Assembly (NCBI RefSeq): GCF_004010195.1
Contig: NC_057749.1
Coordinates: 14,601,429-14,665,428 of the forward strand
DNA length: 64,000 nt
Direction of reading: 5' to 3'
DNA from: Chiloscyllium plagiosum
Taxonomy: Eukaryota
How positions within the stretch are numbered: position 1 is the first letter of the stretch; every line of letters starts with the position of its first letter. The notes beneath the pieces are model-generated. The model was not told the DNA's origin. It saw only the letters and a program-made list of their open reading frames with translations, and did not search any database. This document shows positions 1 through 12,999 of the stretch, one piece after another. The position numbers and the translations under genes are program-made.

Positions 1-599
1 CTCCTTTCAACACCACAATTTTTCATGAACAGATGAGGTAGTTCAGTATCTCATCAAAAGACAGCACCTCCAACAGGGCAGCATTGAGACAATCAACTTT
101 GTGCTTTGAGTCTGATGTGGGACTTGAACTCATAACCTTTTAACACAGCATACTGTGAGGGGTGGCACTGGCTGTCCCATGTCAACCCCTCCATACAATC
201 AAAGTGAATGTCGTGCTTTTGTGTGAGTAAAAATTCTGCATTTATAATTATGAATTTATTTTACATGAAAAGAAGAAAATCACAATATTGCTTGTACATT
301 CTCATTTGTTCGATGCTTTCCCAAGGACATGTAGTGGAAAAAATGTATGCTATAATGTGGTGTAATCCTGGGTGTTCCTGCTGAAACAAAATAATGTGAT
401 TACAAACGCAATTAGCAATCACTACGGTACAGTGGGTTGGGTGAAATTACATTTCTTGATATACTTTACTTATTTGTAGTTTTCGAATCATTGTGTATTG
501 ATATAAATTAGAAAACTTGTTTAAACAGAATGAGGAATAGTCAACAGGTAGTACACAATGTGATTACTGTTGAAATTGGCAGGGGGTGGGGGGTTGCCG

Positions 600-800
600 C
601 TTTTGCTGGATGGTTGGTTTGCAAAACAGTGTGATGCTGATAGTGTGGCTCCAATTCCACACAACCAGCTGAGGTTACCTCAGCTTTCCTCAACCTCTCT
701 CCGCTCACCTGAGGTATGGTGGCCCTCAGATTAAATCACCACGAGACGTCTTTCTCTAATGACAGAGCAGTCCTGTGGTCTGGTAAGACTGTGGTGACAC
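600..800 (+). mobile_element. Decayed tRNA-derived SINE-like repeat
   Basis: Related copies at ~8790-8925 (-), ~23355-23445 (-), ~52765-52840 (+) and ~58420-58840 (-). Confidence 0.5.
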
Positions 801-1196
801 TTTACCAATAATGCTGAAAATAATTGCACATTTTGTTGAAGCATCCCCCTTGCACTCAGGACAATTTACAAGAATACCAATGTGAGGGGAATTATTTTGA
901 TTTTCCATGTTTGAAGGCTGAAAGGAACTGTGCATCCCAGACCAATTTATCTCTGGAGGCAGCAGAATCAAACTGTCTTCTGTCTAGGGTTGAATTCCCT
1001 CATTCCCTCAGCCTTTAAAACCAGTCTGTCTGTCTTGGGTTACCCTTCTACGCTGACACTTCTTGTCACTCAGAGCTGTTGCCTCATTGTCAATGCTGAT
1101 CAAGCAGCTCAACAATATTGAAAGTGTTGGAAGCAGTACCTGGATTGCAAAAGCTTTGTTGGTTCAGTTTGCTGGGAGAGCCAGCAGTCCTTTTAG

Positions 1197-1747
1197 GTAA
1201 AAACAATGACTGCAGAGTCTGGAGTAGAGTGGTGCTGGAAAAGCACAGCAGTTCAGGCAGCATCCGAGGAGCAGTAAAATCGACATTNNNNNNNNNNNNN
1301 NNNNNNNNNNNNNNNNNNNNNNNNNNNNNNNNNNNNNNNNNNNNNNNNNNNNNNNNNNNNNNNNNNNNNNNNNNNNNNNNNNNNNNNNNNNNNNNNNNNN
1401 NNNNNNNNNNNNNNNNNNNNNNNNNNNNNNNNNNNNNNNNNNNNNNNNNNNNNNNNNNNNNNNNNNNNNNNNNNNNNNNNNNNNNNNNNNNNNNNNNNNN
1501 NNNNNNNNNNNNNNNNNNNNNNNNNNNNNNNNNNNNNNNNNNNNNNNNNNNNNNNNNNNNNNNNNNNNNNNNNNNNNNNNNNNNNNNNNNNNNNNNNNNN
1601 NNNNNNNNNNNNNNNNNNNNNNNNNNNNNNNNNNNNNNNNNNNNNNNNNNNNNNNNNCCCCACCCTCCTCCCTGACCTATCACCTTCATCCCCACCCCCA
1701 CTCACCTATTGTACTCTATGCTACTTTCTCCCCACCCCCACTCTACT
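1197..1747. mobile_element. Penelope-like element remnant spanning an assembly gap
   Basis: Same terminal sequence as the 7850-7930 PLE tail, inverted; flanked by the 16-bp direct repeat CCAGCAGTCCTTTTAG (1181-1196 and 1748-1763). Confidence 0.75.
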
Positions 1748-2218
1748 CCAGCAGTCCTTTTAGCCTGGCCTGGCAGAGTCTAATGACTAAAACTGTTTGG
1801 TGAAGAGAGATTGAGAGAGGGAGTGCCATTTTGCTACAAGAGAACATTATAGACCGAATCTTTTCAAGGAGAGAAGAGGAAGAGGAACAACTACATCAAC
1901 AACAGCTCAGGATCTTTGTTTGAAAAACTCTAGAGTGCTGGTACTCAGGAGCCCATTATTATACAGATCAGGCACAGGACTAGGGTGGCAGTGGGTGATA
2001 TGTGCATTTGTAAGCCAGTTAACCCAATCCAGGACCAGGTCTCCATAGAGTTAGGTATTTGTGTTGAACCCAAATTAAAATGCTGGACATAAAAGGTGCC
2101 CAGTTCTGGACGAGGGAAACCAGATGGGGAGCCACTCCAGTCACTCAGTCACAACTGCCACCACCATTAGCCTGGGGTCAACTGGTGGCCTGACTTGATT
2201 TAGTAAAATGACACTTAC

Positions 2219-3185
2219 ATTTTGATTTTCGTCATCATTTTTCATGTGATCTGCAATGAATTTCACCCCATCGAGAGCGTCCTGCAGTTCAGGTGGGAGC
2301 TTTGTGGAAGTTCTCAGCCTTAAATCTTGGTGGCAGCCATCAGATGCTTCCATGAAGTTGAAGTCATAAACTTTGGTCGAAGTGGGATTTATAAAGAAAG
2401 CAAAGTTCTTGTTGCTCTCTTCTGGACTTGCATGGGCATTGCAGAGATTGCTCTTCCTGCGTTGGTGTGATTTTTGTTTAGTCCAATTGTTTTGAGGTCT
2501 CTTTATGAACAGGAGGGACGGCAACCTATTCAGGAAAATGTTCTTCACCCATTGGGGCATGGTGTGCGTGCTGGGAGAGCGGTGGTGAATGTTGAGGACA
2601 CAGACACTGGTCACTATAGAGAATGTTACCAGCACCATGGTGAACATCAGATACTTCCCAATCAATGGAACATCCAAGGAGGTTGGTGGGACAATCTTGG
2701 AAATCAACAGGAGGAACACTGTCAATGCAAGTAGAACAGAGATACATAGCGTCATCTTCTCACCACAGTCTGATGGAAGGTAAAACACCAGAATGGCGAG
2801 TGAGGTTATGAGAATACATGGGATAATGAGGTTAACAGTATAGAAGAGGGGCTTCCTTCTAATAATGAAGTCATACGTCACATCGACATAGGTTGGGTCC
2901 AGTGGATTTGTGTTTCTCCTCCCTGGGAGCATCACTATGTCCCACTCGCCGCTGGGCGTGAAGTCATCCATGCTTGCACCATCAGTTTTGGGGATCAGGT
3001 CGATTTCCGTGTGGTCATAAGTCCAGGACCTGAATTTCATGGAGCAGTTCTGCTGGTCAAAGGGGAAATGTTTCACTTCGATCTTGCAGGCACTCTTATA
3101 GATGGCAGGTGGCAGCCAGTAGATACTTCCATTGTAGGAAATAATGGCATTAGTGTAGACAGAGACTTCATAGGTCCCATCAGCA
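2219..3185 (-). CDS. CHRNB4: nAChR beta subunit, coding exon 5 (Cys-loop, TM1-TM3, cytoplasmic loop)
   Basis: Begins tgtag|T GCT GAT; reads [12 protein letters not shown]...[15 protein letters not shown]...[41 protein letters not shown]...; no vicinal cysteines (beta type); ends [36 protein letters not shown] and PSTHTM favour beta4 over beta2; the ohnolog CHRNB5 is not formally excluded. Confidence 0.93.
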
Positions 3186-3634
3186 CTACAATGACAAATG
3201 TTTGTGGAGATTTAAAAAAAAGTAAGTGATAAACAAGGTATAGAGCATAAGGCTGGTGGAGAAAAGCAAAGACATGTTGAAATTGCATGATACTAAATGC
3301 CTTGACATGAAATTCCTCCATTTGCTGTTCAAAAGAGACATTTTCAGTATATTTTACTGGCTTAACATTCTTAAAGCAGGAGATTTCAGAATTTTGTGTG
3401 AACTATTAATATAATGACTGAATATTTCAGAGCACAGTTGAATCACGTTGCATGGAATACCCGCATTTACTATTCACTTCACGTGTTCATGAATTAACGT
3501 TAAGTTAATAAGGGGGCTTGGAAAAAATGCACACAAAAATACAGGCTGATACCTTGTGATGTTGAGCTGATAGACTGCTGCACTGTAGAGTGCTTGCATT
3601 TTGGATGGGCTGTTGATCTGAGGTCCTGTCCACC

Positions 3635-3935
3635 GTAGAATCATAGAACCCCTACACTTTGAAAACAGGCCATACGGCCCATTGAGTCCACGCCAACCCT
3701 CCAAAAAACATTTCACCCAGACCCATCAACCCTGCATTTCCCATGGCTAATCCATCTAGCCTGCACTATGGGCAATTTATTTTAGCCAATCCACCTAACC
3801 TGCACAAATTAGGATTATGGGAGGAAACTGGAGCACGTGGAAGAAACCCACACAGACATGGGGAGAATTGGAATTGAACCCAGGCCCCTGGTGCTATGAG
3901 AGAGCCGGGCTAACCAATGGGCCACTGTATTGCCT
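3635..3935 (-). mobile_element. HE1-like tRNA-derived SINE
   Basis: A-box/B-box head, V-SINE-like body and CR1-like tail shared with copies at 11795, 23985, 37470, 60900 and 63930. Confidence 0.75.
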
Positions 3936-4496
3936 GTGTCCTTGGCACATTGCTATGTGAATAGTTAAGGCATTTGATGGTTTTGGTCAAGCAAGGAAAG
4001 GAGACTCTGTCCTGGCTTGAATAGAGACACAATACGATCCAGATCGAGCCCTGGTCTCTAGCTCTGGGCTCACCATTGAGCCACCATGCCTCCCTCTCAA
4101 GTAAATGGTAACATAATGCTCTTTCAAATGAGATTGTGGGGGTTCTTGCTTATTTTCTCTCTGATTTTGCCCACTTCTGTGCAGACCCATGAGGTTCACG
4201 CATGGCAGTGGCTTCTGGAAGTGAAGTCAATATGGGCATACACAAACCCTCTGAGCAACTGCACGGCCACACAGCTTAGAGGTGACATTGGCTGTCACTG
4301 GTATTATCCTCCAACCAACACTACAAAAGCAGATATCAATTGTGGGAGCTTGCTTCTCACAAATTGACATTTTCTACAACAGTGACTACACTTCAAAAGC
4401 CTTTCATTGGTCATAAAGAGCTATGGGGACATTCTGATTTCACCAAAGGAGCTCGAGAAGTGCTTTTATTTTTCTGTGTTTGGAATTCAAACTTAC

Positions 4497-4606
4497 TTGT
4501 TGTACAACACAATGTCTGGGAGCCAAAGCTGCTTGGCATTTATCCGTAGCTTACGAATCCCTTCGAACTGCTCCGGGTCCCAGCGCAGTCGATAGTCATT
4601 CCATTC
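4497..4606 (-). CDS. CHRNB4: nAChR beta subunit, coding exon 4 ([37 protein letters not shown])
   Basis: 110-nt exon, acag acceptor, AA|GTAAGT donor, [10 protein letters not shown] motif. Confidence 0.95.
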
Positions 4607-4698
4607 CTGTATTGGAGCACACAAGAAGAAGTGACCCTGTCTCCATGCTCAGAGTGGGCATTCCCGCATTTCAAAGATAAACATGGAGAGGTACTGAC

Positions 4699-4743
4699 CT
4701 GCTTTAACCAGACGTTTGTTGTCATGATCTGTTCACGTTCATT
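4699..4743 (-). CDS. CHRNB4: nAChR beta subunit, coding exon 3 (NEREQIMTTNVWLKQ)
   Basis: 45-nt exon with AG/GT boundaries; WLKQ is the beta4-type residue pattern (beta2 has WLTQ). Confidence 0.95.
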
Positions 4744-5519
4744 CTAAACAGAAAGAAGGTTGAGGGCGGGGAATTGGGGGACACAGAGTTGACATAAATG
4801 ATATTTGTAAATGTCATTGATTGGTTTCACACATGCCTATACCTCTCAAATGCCTGTATATGCATTTGTATACTGTCCCAGGTTTTTTAATTATACTTCT
4901 TAAAATTTGTCCAAGGGATGTGGGCTTTGCTGGCTGGGCCAGCGCTTTTTGCCCATCCCTAAATACCCTTGAGAAGGTGGTGGTGAGCTGCCTTCTTGAA
5001 CTATGTGGGGTAGGTAGACCCACAATGCTGTCAGGGAAGGAGTTTCAGGATTTAACCCAGCCACAGTGAAGGAACGGCAATATATTTCCAAATCTAGATG
5101 GCTTGGAGAGGAATTTGTAACCAACGGTGTTCTCATGTATCTGTTGGCATATTGTAACATGCACTGTTGCCATGTCAACGCTTGTATAAAATGACAACAC
5201 TAGTCTGCATTAGGCCATGTCACCCGAGAACGAATATCTCATGGCCCCTGTATAGAATACCAGTGTCACCGAGGACAGTAATGTGCAGACCCAGGAGTGA
5301 TCTATTGGCTGCTGCCTCTCGTTTGATTAAATTCTCAGCTGATACTCACACTCCGGGCTGCTACTGGAGGAGCACGTGTGTGAAGGATCACAGAATTGGC
5401 TGTGGGAATATAAACTAGCTTGGAGCAAACCTTTTGGAGAGGAAAGGAGTTCACTTGTGGAGGAAGAAACAAAGCTGATCCCTTGACACTGCAATAAATC
5501 ATCCTCACCCACCATTTGT

Positions 5520-6000
5520 GGTCAGGAATGGGACTCCCGGAAGGTATGTTGCCTCCCTGGTACCAGGGTCCGGGATGCCCCGATTGGGTTTACAAGATTC
5601 TTAAAGCGGAGGGTCAGCAGCTGGAAATCGTGGTATATATTGGCACCAATGGCATAGCCAGGAAAGGGATTAAGGATCTGAAAATGACTATAGAGAGCTA
5701 GGTTCGAAGCCAAAGAGCAGGATTAGTAGAGTAATGATCTCAGGCTTGCTACCAGTGCCACAGAATAGTGAGGTGAGGAACAGTCAGAGAGTGTAGCTTA
5801 ACACATGGCTGTGCAGCTGGTGCAGGAGAGAGGGCTTCAGATACTTAGGTCATTCGGATGCCTTCTGGGGAAGGTGGGACCTGTACATGAAGGATGGGTT
5901 GCACCTGAACTGGAGGGGCACAAATGTCTTGGGCGGGAGATTTGCTCGTGTTGTTCGGGAGTATTTAAACTAATTTGGCAGGGGGGGTGGGAACCAGAGT
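5520..6000 (+). mobile_element. CR1 LINE ORF1 (SGNH esterase) fragment
   Basis: Disrupted peptides ...LEIVVYIGTNGIARKG... and ...WGRWDLYMKDGLHLNWRGTNVLG..., typical of the CR1 ORF1 esterase. Confidence 0.75.
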
Positions 6001-6344
6001 TACACATCTGGTCAATGTATCAATTATGATCAATATACGTCATAACCCTGAGACCTTCTGATCTGTTTTTATTTAACTCAATCCCCCATCAGCAGCAATG
6101 CCTGACAATGCTAAGCCCTGGGATTTCCACCCGAGATCTCTCCACCCTGTTCCTCCTTGAAAACATTAATGTCCTTGGACTGATCACCAATTCTAATCCC
6201 ACATTTTGAGGCATTAGGCCAAATTTTGTTAAATGCAGTGGGATATTTTGCTGTCAAGGGCTCTATACAAATGTAATTTTTCATACAGCACGGAAGCAGA
6301 CACTTGAAGCATTGGTAATACATCCTCAACCCCTGTTAACGTAC

Positions 6345-6490
6345 CACATTGATGAGCTGTGCCAGTGAGACCTGAAAGACAATAGAGACCAGCTCAGAGT
6401 TGTTGACTGCTGGTCGGATCAGTTTATTGTACCTCTCTGGATCCAGAAGGTAATTCATTAGCCTCTCCTCGACCTCTGCACTGTGGCTTC
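6345..6490 (-). CDS. CHRNB4: nAChR beta subunit, coding exon 2 ([48 protein letters not shown])
   Basis: ttttctgcag acceptor, GT donor, 146 nt, typical RYNKLIRP...VSLAQLI N-terminal segment of beta2/beta4 subunits. Confidence 0.93.
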
Positions 6491-6765
6491 CTGCAGAAAA
6501 GTAATGGGCACATTAAATCCAGCCCTACACCACTCCAAGGTTTCTAAACCTCTTCATTCCCCCCTTCTCTTTCAAGTCCTTCCCAGGCACAAGCTATTCC
6601 CTGGTGAGGACAGCTAGAGAATTTGCTGCTGCCCTCTGCCTCTAATGATTTTGAGCTGACTGTTTAGGAAGCAAAAAGTTAACTGAGTTGATTTGACTCT
6701 GGGAGATGAGCAAATTGTTTCAATGGTGTTGAGGCGCCTAGTGTTAATCTTGTGAAGTTCCTAAG

Positions 6766-7934
6766 GTCACCTGGACCATCTCTGACACCTCTCTCCCCTT
6801 CCTGGACCTCTCCATCTCCATCAAATCCGGCGGACATTTTTTACAAACCCACCGACTCCCACAGCTACCTGGATTACATCTCTTCCCACCCTACCTCCTG
6901 CAAAAATGCCATCCCATATTCCCAATTCCTCCTCCTCTGCCGTATGTGCTCCCAGAAGGACCAGTTCCATCACAGAACACACCAGATGGCCTCCTTCTTT
7001 AAAGACCGCAATTTCCCTTCCCACGTGGTTAAAGATGCCCTCCAATGCATCTCATCCACATCCCGCCCCTCCGCCCTCAAACCCCACCATCCAACCGCAA
7101 CAAGGACAGAACCCCCTTGGTCCTCACCTTCCATCCTACCAACCTTCACATAAACAGTATCATCCACCAACATTTCCGCCATCTCCAAACAGACCCCACC
7201 ACCAGGGATATATTTTCCTTCCCAACCCTTTCCGCTTTCCACAAAGACCGTTCCCTCCATGACTACCTGGTCAGGTCCACGCCCCACCTACAACCCTCCT
7301 GGCACCTTCCCCTGCCACCGCAGGAATTGCAAAACCTGCGCCCACACCTCCTCCCTCCCCTCCACCCAATGCCCCAAAGGAGCATTCCACATCTACCAAA
7401 GTTTCACCTGCACATCCACCAATATCATTTATTGCATCTGTTGCTCCCGATGCAGTCTCCTTTACGTTGGGGAGACTGGATGCCTTCTCGCAGAGCGCTT
7501 TAGGGAACATTTCCGGGACACGTGCACCAATCAACCCCATCGCCCCGTGGCCCAACATTTCAACTCCCCCTCCCGCTCTGCCGAGGACATGCAGATCCTG
7601 GGCCTCCTCCACCACGATTCCTTCACTACCCGATGCTTGGAAGAAGAACATCTCATCTTTTGCCTTGGAACACTTCAACCCCAGGGCATCAATGTGGACT
7701 TTACCAGTTTCCTCATTTCCCTTTCCCCCACCTTACCCCAGTTCCAACCTTCCAGCTTAGGACCATCCTCGTGACCTGTCCTACCTGCCTATCTTCTTTC
7801 CCACCTATCCATTCATTCCTGATGAAGGGTTTTTGCCCGAAACGTCAATTTTCCTGCTTCTCGGATGCTGTGCTTTTCCAGCACCACACTAATCTAAGCT
7901 CTGATCTCTAGCATCTGCAATCTTCACTTTTGCA
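6766..7934 (+). mobile_element. 5'-truncated Penelope-like element (Neptune-like) in intron 1
   Basis: RT thumb (FYKPTDSHSYLDYISSHP), Cys linker (FPCHRRNCKTCAH), GIY-YIG (NIIYCICCSRCSLLYVGET...RFREH), hammerhead motif near 7818, 11-bp TSD AAGTTCCTAAG (6755-6765 and 7935-7945). Confidence 0.9.
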
Positions 7935-9079
7935 AAGTTCCTAAGTTGTCAATTTTGATTGGAACTATTTGTGGGGTTTTCTAAATTAACTGCCCCACAA
8001 GTCGAATTAGCCTGTGTTTTGCACCTCTGGTATTTTTGTAACTAAAGAAAATATTATTTTTGAAATTATGTGTTCTGTATTTCATGGAATCAAAGAATTG
8101 TTGTAAGCACAGAAGCTAGCCATTTGGACCATTATGGCTATGTTGGCTCTGTGGAAGGAGTTTAACCAGGCTCCAGTACCTCCATCTTTCCCTGTGGCTC
8201 TGCAATTATTTACATTCAGGGGCTTATCCAATCTCCTCTTGAAAGCCCTGGTTGAATCTGCCTCCACCACACTCTCATTCCAAATCCATCCACTCACTGC
8301 ATAACAAAAGATGATTTAGTCTCGCCTTTGATTCTTTCGCCAATCACTTTGATTCTTTACTCTGATGCCAATAGCAAAGTCAATCTTTATCAATCGATCT
8401 AGGATCCCCAGGAGTTTGAAATTTGTGTGGAATCTCTTCTCATTATCCACGCAGTCTTATTCATTCAAGGTATGTGGGCATCTCTGGCTCAGCAAACATT
8501 TATTACCTGTCCCTAATTGCCAATTAAGGTGGTGGTGAGCGACCTTCTTGGATCACTGCAGACCCATTGTAACATAGTTCCCAAGTCAGTATGGTGAGTG
8601 GCTTGGAGAGGAACTTTCAGGTGACAGTTTTCCCATGTATATGCTGTCCTTATCCTTCTAATTATAAAATCATGGAATACCTACAGTGTGGAAGTTTGCC
8701 ATTCAGCCCATCAAGTCTGCATCGACCGTCTGAAGAACACCCTACCCTATTCCTTTAACCTTACATCTCCCATTGCTAACCTGACAATCACCACACTTCA
8801 GGGGAGAGAAGAGGTTGAGAAGGTGAAAACTACATGGTAACCTCAGCTGGTGCTTTATTTGAACCCATTCTTGCTGCCGTCACTGGAACACAAGCTAACT
8901 GTCTGGCCAACTGAGCTAACCAACCTCTAATGTTGAGAAGGTGAGTGGAGCACTACTTTGAGTTGTACTCTGAGGGAGAATACTGTCACTACAGAAGTTC
9001 TAAAACACAGCAGAAAGTCTGTCCATCACGGCTGGACTGGATATCGAGTCCATGGTGGAGGTTTATAGCAGTCATTTTT

Positions 9080-9420
9080 GGGGAGGCAATGGCCAATGGG
9101 ATTATTGCTAGACTGTTAATCCAGACACCCAGGTAATGTTCTAGGGATCTGGGCTCGAATCCCACCATGGCAGGTGGTGGAATTTACATTCAATAAATAC
9201 CTGGAACTATGAGTCTGATGATGTCCATAAATCCATTGTCGATCGTCAGAAAACCCCATCTGGTTCCCACATGAAAAGAAACTGCCATCCTTACCTGGTC
9301 TGGCCTATACGTGACTCCAGGCCCACAGCAATTTGGTTGACTCTTAACGTAGGGGTGGGCAATAAATGTGGACCTAGATGCTTGCCTAGCAAGCAATGCC
9401 CTCAGCCCATGAATAAAATA
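9080..9420 (+). mobile_element. Head+tail SINE-like derivative of the tRNA-headed LINE
   Basis: 5' part matches 30162-30450; 3' part (GGGCAATAAATG...CCCATGAATAAA) matches the LINE 3' ends at ~60050 and ~63200. Confidence 0.75.
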
Positions 9421-9717
9421 TTGTTCTTGCTTGCTATAAACAAAGCTCCAGGTACGATGCCATAAGCATTAAACATAGCAAACTGGCACTTCCTGCAGCA
9501 TCTGTCGAAACCGCTTTGTCTCTGCTGGAGTGAGAGGGCAGGGCAGCAGGATAAAGGTGGGACAAAGATTGTGACTCCATGTAGGAAGAAGGACAAACAC
9601 AAGGATTGCAACAACAATCGAGGCACATCCTTGCCAAGCATTGTGGCTAAAGTATTTTCTTGTGCTGTGATTGTCAGACTATGGATCCTGGCTGAACACA
9701 TCTGCCCCAAATCCCAA

Positions 9718-10190
9718 ACAAAAAAACTCAGCAATCCTGACAACCTCTGTGAAGAGAAGGCAGTGTTAACATTTCAGGTTGAGAGACTCTTTTCTCAGCA
9801 CTGATTGTAGGCTGGTAGATATACTAAAGATGGGGTGTATGGTGGGGTGGGGTTTGGGGGAAGTGGGAGGAATAAACAATAGGTGAATTGCAAGTGAAAG
9901 TGCCCACTGCGGTGGTTAACAAGGCCCCCAGTCATGCCCGACCCATTTCCCGTACTTTAGCCCTTACCCCTTCTCTTCCCTCCCATACAGGTCCACCTCA
10001 ACCTTACCTACCATCCCACATCCAAAGGAACATTAGCCACCATTTCTGTTCCTAGCTACAATCAGTGCTGAAGAAGGGTGACTGGACCCAAAACATTAAC
10101 TCTGCTTTCTCTCCAAAGATACTGCCAGACCTGCTAAGTTCCTCCAGCGCTCTGTTTTTGTTTCTGACTTCTAGCATCTTTGGGTTCTTT
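9718..10190. mobile_element. Non-coding PLE remnant with inverted terminal segments
   Basis: Inverted arms with degenerate hammerhead cores (10068 CTGAAGAAGGGTGACTGGACCC); degenerate 17-bp TSD at 9701-9717 and 10191-10207. Confidence 0.65.
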
Positions 10191-11214
10191 TCTACCCCAA
10201 ATCTCAATCTGGTTCCAGAACTCGAGCATCTACAATTCACATGATCTCCCCAGCCTGACAGCTGTAAGAGAATTGCCACAGTATTTAAATGTATATATTT
10301 TATATAGATACAGCCCTCATTGATCTCACCAAGGCACTTGAGCATGTGAGCTATTTAAGCTGATGGAGAAAATTGGCCACCAGTCCAAGCTGCTGAATGT
10401 GATTTCCTCTTTTTATGACAACATGATGGGTAAGGTTAACCATGACTGGGCAACATTGGAACCCTTTGAGATCTCCATTGGCATCAAACATTTCTGGCAT
10501 TGACACACTTTGGCACATTCCCCTTTTTGCTGCTGTCATGTGCCCTCATGTCATTGGCAGAGGGTATCTGCCTACAGTCCAGACTTGTAAAAAGCTTATT
10601 GGATCTCAGGTGTACAAGAACAATGACAAGAGTACACCAAGACCACTTCAGGTAATTTCTCTATTCTGATGATGGTGTATTAACATTCCACAGTGAGGAA
10701 TATCTGCAGCAGCAATCGACTGACCCTTTCACCTGGAAAGAGGTTGGTTTGACTGTCAGCATCAGGAAGAAATGTCTGGTCCAGGATATTGCCATACTGC
10801 TGTATGTCAGCATTGACAAATTGACACCGGAGGCTGTTGATAGCTTCACATATCAAGGCTCCACGATCACCAATAATCTGTCACTTGATGCTGATATCAT
10901 TGCAAAAGGTACAGCTGATACATTCAGTCTGTAGAAAACAGAACTTCAAATTGTGTGTCAACCAAGCCTGCATCCTCAGTGCATTCCTGTACAGGGGTGA
11001 GGCCTTGACAGTACATGCGTGGCAGGAAAAATGCCTCAACAGTGTCAACCTTCACTGTCTCAGACAGCTTGCAAGATAAGATCACCTATTGAGAGGGGAT
11101 CTGAAGAACACTCATTCAATCAGCACACACTCATCACGAAGCCAATGATATCTGAGATGGCTCGACCACATTCATCAAATAGATGACAGCCCTTTACTCA
11201 AAGCTCTTTAGGAC

Positions 11215-11408
11215 GGAAAACATAAACAGCAATTGCTGGAGAGACTCAGCATAATCTGTGGAGAGAAAGTAGAGTTAAATTTTCTTCAGAAGAAGGGTCA
11301 CTGGACTCAAAGGTTAACTCTGGTTCTCTCCAACGATGCTGTCAGACCTGAGTTTCTTCAGCATTTGGTATTTTCTTCAGATCTGCAGTATCTGTAGTTC
11401 TTCTATTT
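11215..11408. mobile_element. Palindromic PLE tail remnant
   Basis: Inverted arms around a decayed GAAGAAGGGTCACTGGAC core; same family as 48258 and 56000. Confidence 0.6.
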
Positions 11409-11794
11409 ATCATCTGGACAGTGATTGGCCACTGAATCACAACCAGTCATAGTCTAGTTAGATATTGTTCTTAGGGCTAAATAGGTGAAAGGGTTTGGGG
11501 AGAAATTGGGAACAGGGAACTGGGTTGGATGGTCAGCCATGATCCTATTGGTGCAGCAGGCTTGAAGGGTTAAATGGCCCACTTCTGCTCCTATTTTCTT
11601 AGTTTCTGTTTCTATGACTTATTTGGTGTCTATATCTCTGCTGCAACAGTACCTTTTCAGTGAAATATGAAGAGAGCAGATAATGATACTGACAACTTGG
11701 AGACATTAGCTAATAGTGATGAGTTTTGTTTGGAAGGACTCTGGGAGAGATGAGGAGAAATGAAAAGCTCAGCTGGCCCAGAGTAATAAGCAGT

Positions 11795-11980
11795 CAGTCA
11801 CACTACAGGCAGTTCAGCATAGCCAATCCACCGAACCTGCATATCTTTGGACTGTGGACCACAGGAAACCTGCACAGACCTGGAGAGAACACACAAGCTC
11901 CACACAGTCACCCAAGAGTGGAATTGAACCCAGGTCCCTGGCACTGTGAGGTAGCAATGCTAACCACTGAGCCCCCATGC
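11795..11980 (-). mobile_element. HE1-like SINE (partial)
   Basis: Reverse strand GGCTCAGTGGTTAGC...GGGTTCAATTCC head. Confidence 0.75.
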
Positions 11981-12999
11981 TACTCCAGTATGCTAAAGGT
12001 TTATTCATCCTGTTGACTGTAAATGTTAATGCAGTCATTTTGGAGAGAGAGTTGAGTTAAATGGGAATGTGGTTTGTAATGTGCAATACTAAACTGACTT
12101 AGTTCCCAGAAAAGGAAACATGGGATTCTACATTTTTAATTCTCCCTCACATACAACTCACAAACAAGTAAGCATACAAGCATCCTTTTGCTGAATACAA
12201 TCCTATTTTCTTGGTTTCAATTACCTCTGATCAAGGTCAACATTTAATCAATCAAGTGACCTGGTGTCAAAGTTCAAACCAAGCATTCACATCCACTCAG
12301 GGTAATGTAATTGTATCAAAACATATTAGAGAGGCAATTGTAATTGCAGTCTCCTGATTGTGTATGGGGGATGGGGAACGACTGAGATTTCCAGAGACCT
12401 GAGTTAATGATGGATGCAACACAAGAGATGTGACTTCATTGACCTGGTATAATTCATCCCAAGGTTTGCTGTTGACTATGTTATTTGCTCTCTCCCCACA
12501 TTATATCACAGAAACTGACAGAAACTAATCCAATGTATTTCATTTCCAAAACCCTTCAAGGCAATGCACGGTATACCAATTCTCCTTCCCACTTGACAAG
12601 GAGGGTCGACATTTTAGGCCTGTGGATATCCTGGCAAACATTCCTCATTTTCTCACCCCTTCTTTCTGTTCTCCCACTCACTCTACAGCTGCACACTTCC
12701 GAATGTCCAACATCGACTCTTCAAGTTATTACCTCGCCCTTCCTGTACCGAGCACACGTTCAGTTCTCTCAGTATTGAAAAAGCGCAAATGAAAAAGAAA
12801 CAGATGCTTCATAGTCAAACCTAAACCGCTGGGCTGCAGTCACACACACTCCTGTTACAATAGCATTTCAACATACAATGTCTGCGGGACTAATAAATCC
12901 GATGCAGCTTGGCTTATTAACGGAAGCCTGCCCAGTTACACATTTTGCACCGCTTCAGTCTAACTTCTGTTAGAAAGGAGGGATAAATCGTGCACTTAC

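Larger units (their letters stand above)
9425..11760 (+). mobile_element. Fragmented RTE-clade LINE interrupted by PLE insertions
   Basis: Peptide remnants DCNNNRGTSLPSIVAKVF, PKSQ and VDSFTYQGSTITNNLSLDA. Confidence 0.65.

Noticed and set aside
2141..2218. C-terminal extension [12 protein letters not shown]... of the 311-aa ORF
   Set aside because: Read-through past a strong GTAAGT donor at 2218; intronic, not TM4.
1..2218. Final TM4-coding exon of the receptor
   Set aside because: No EDWKYVAMV-like sequence found; the N gap lies inside a TSD-flanked PLE. The exon is probably outside the window, so there is no evidence of pseudogenisation.
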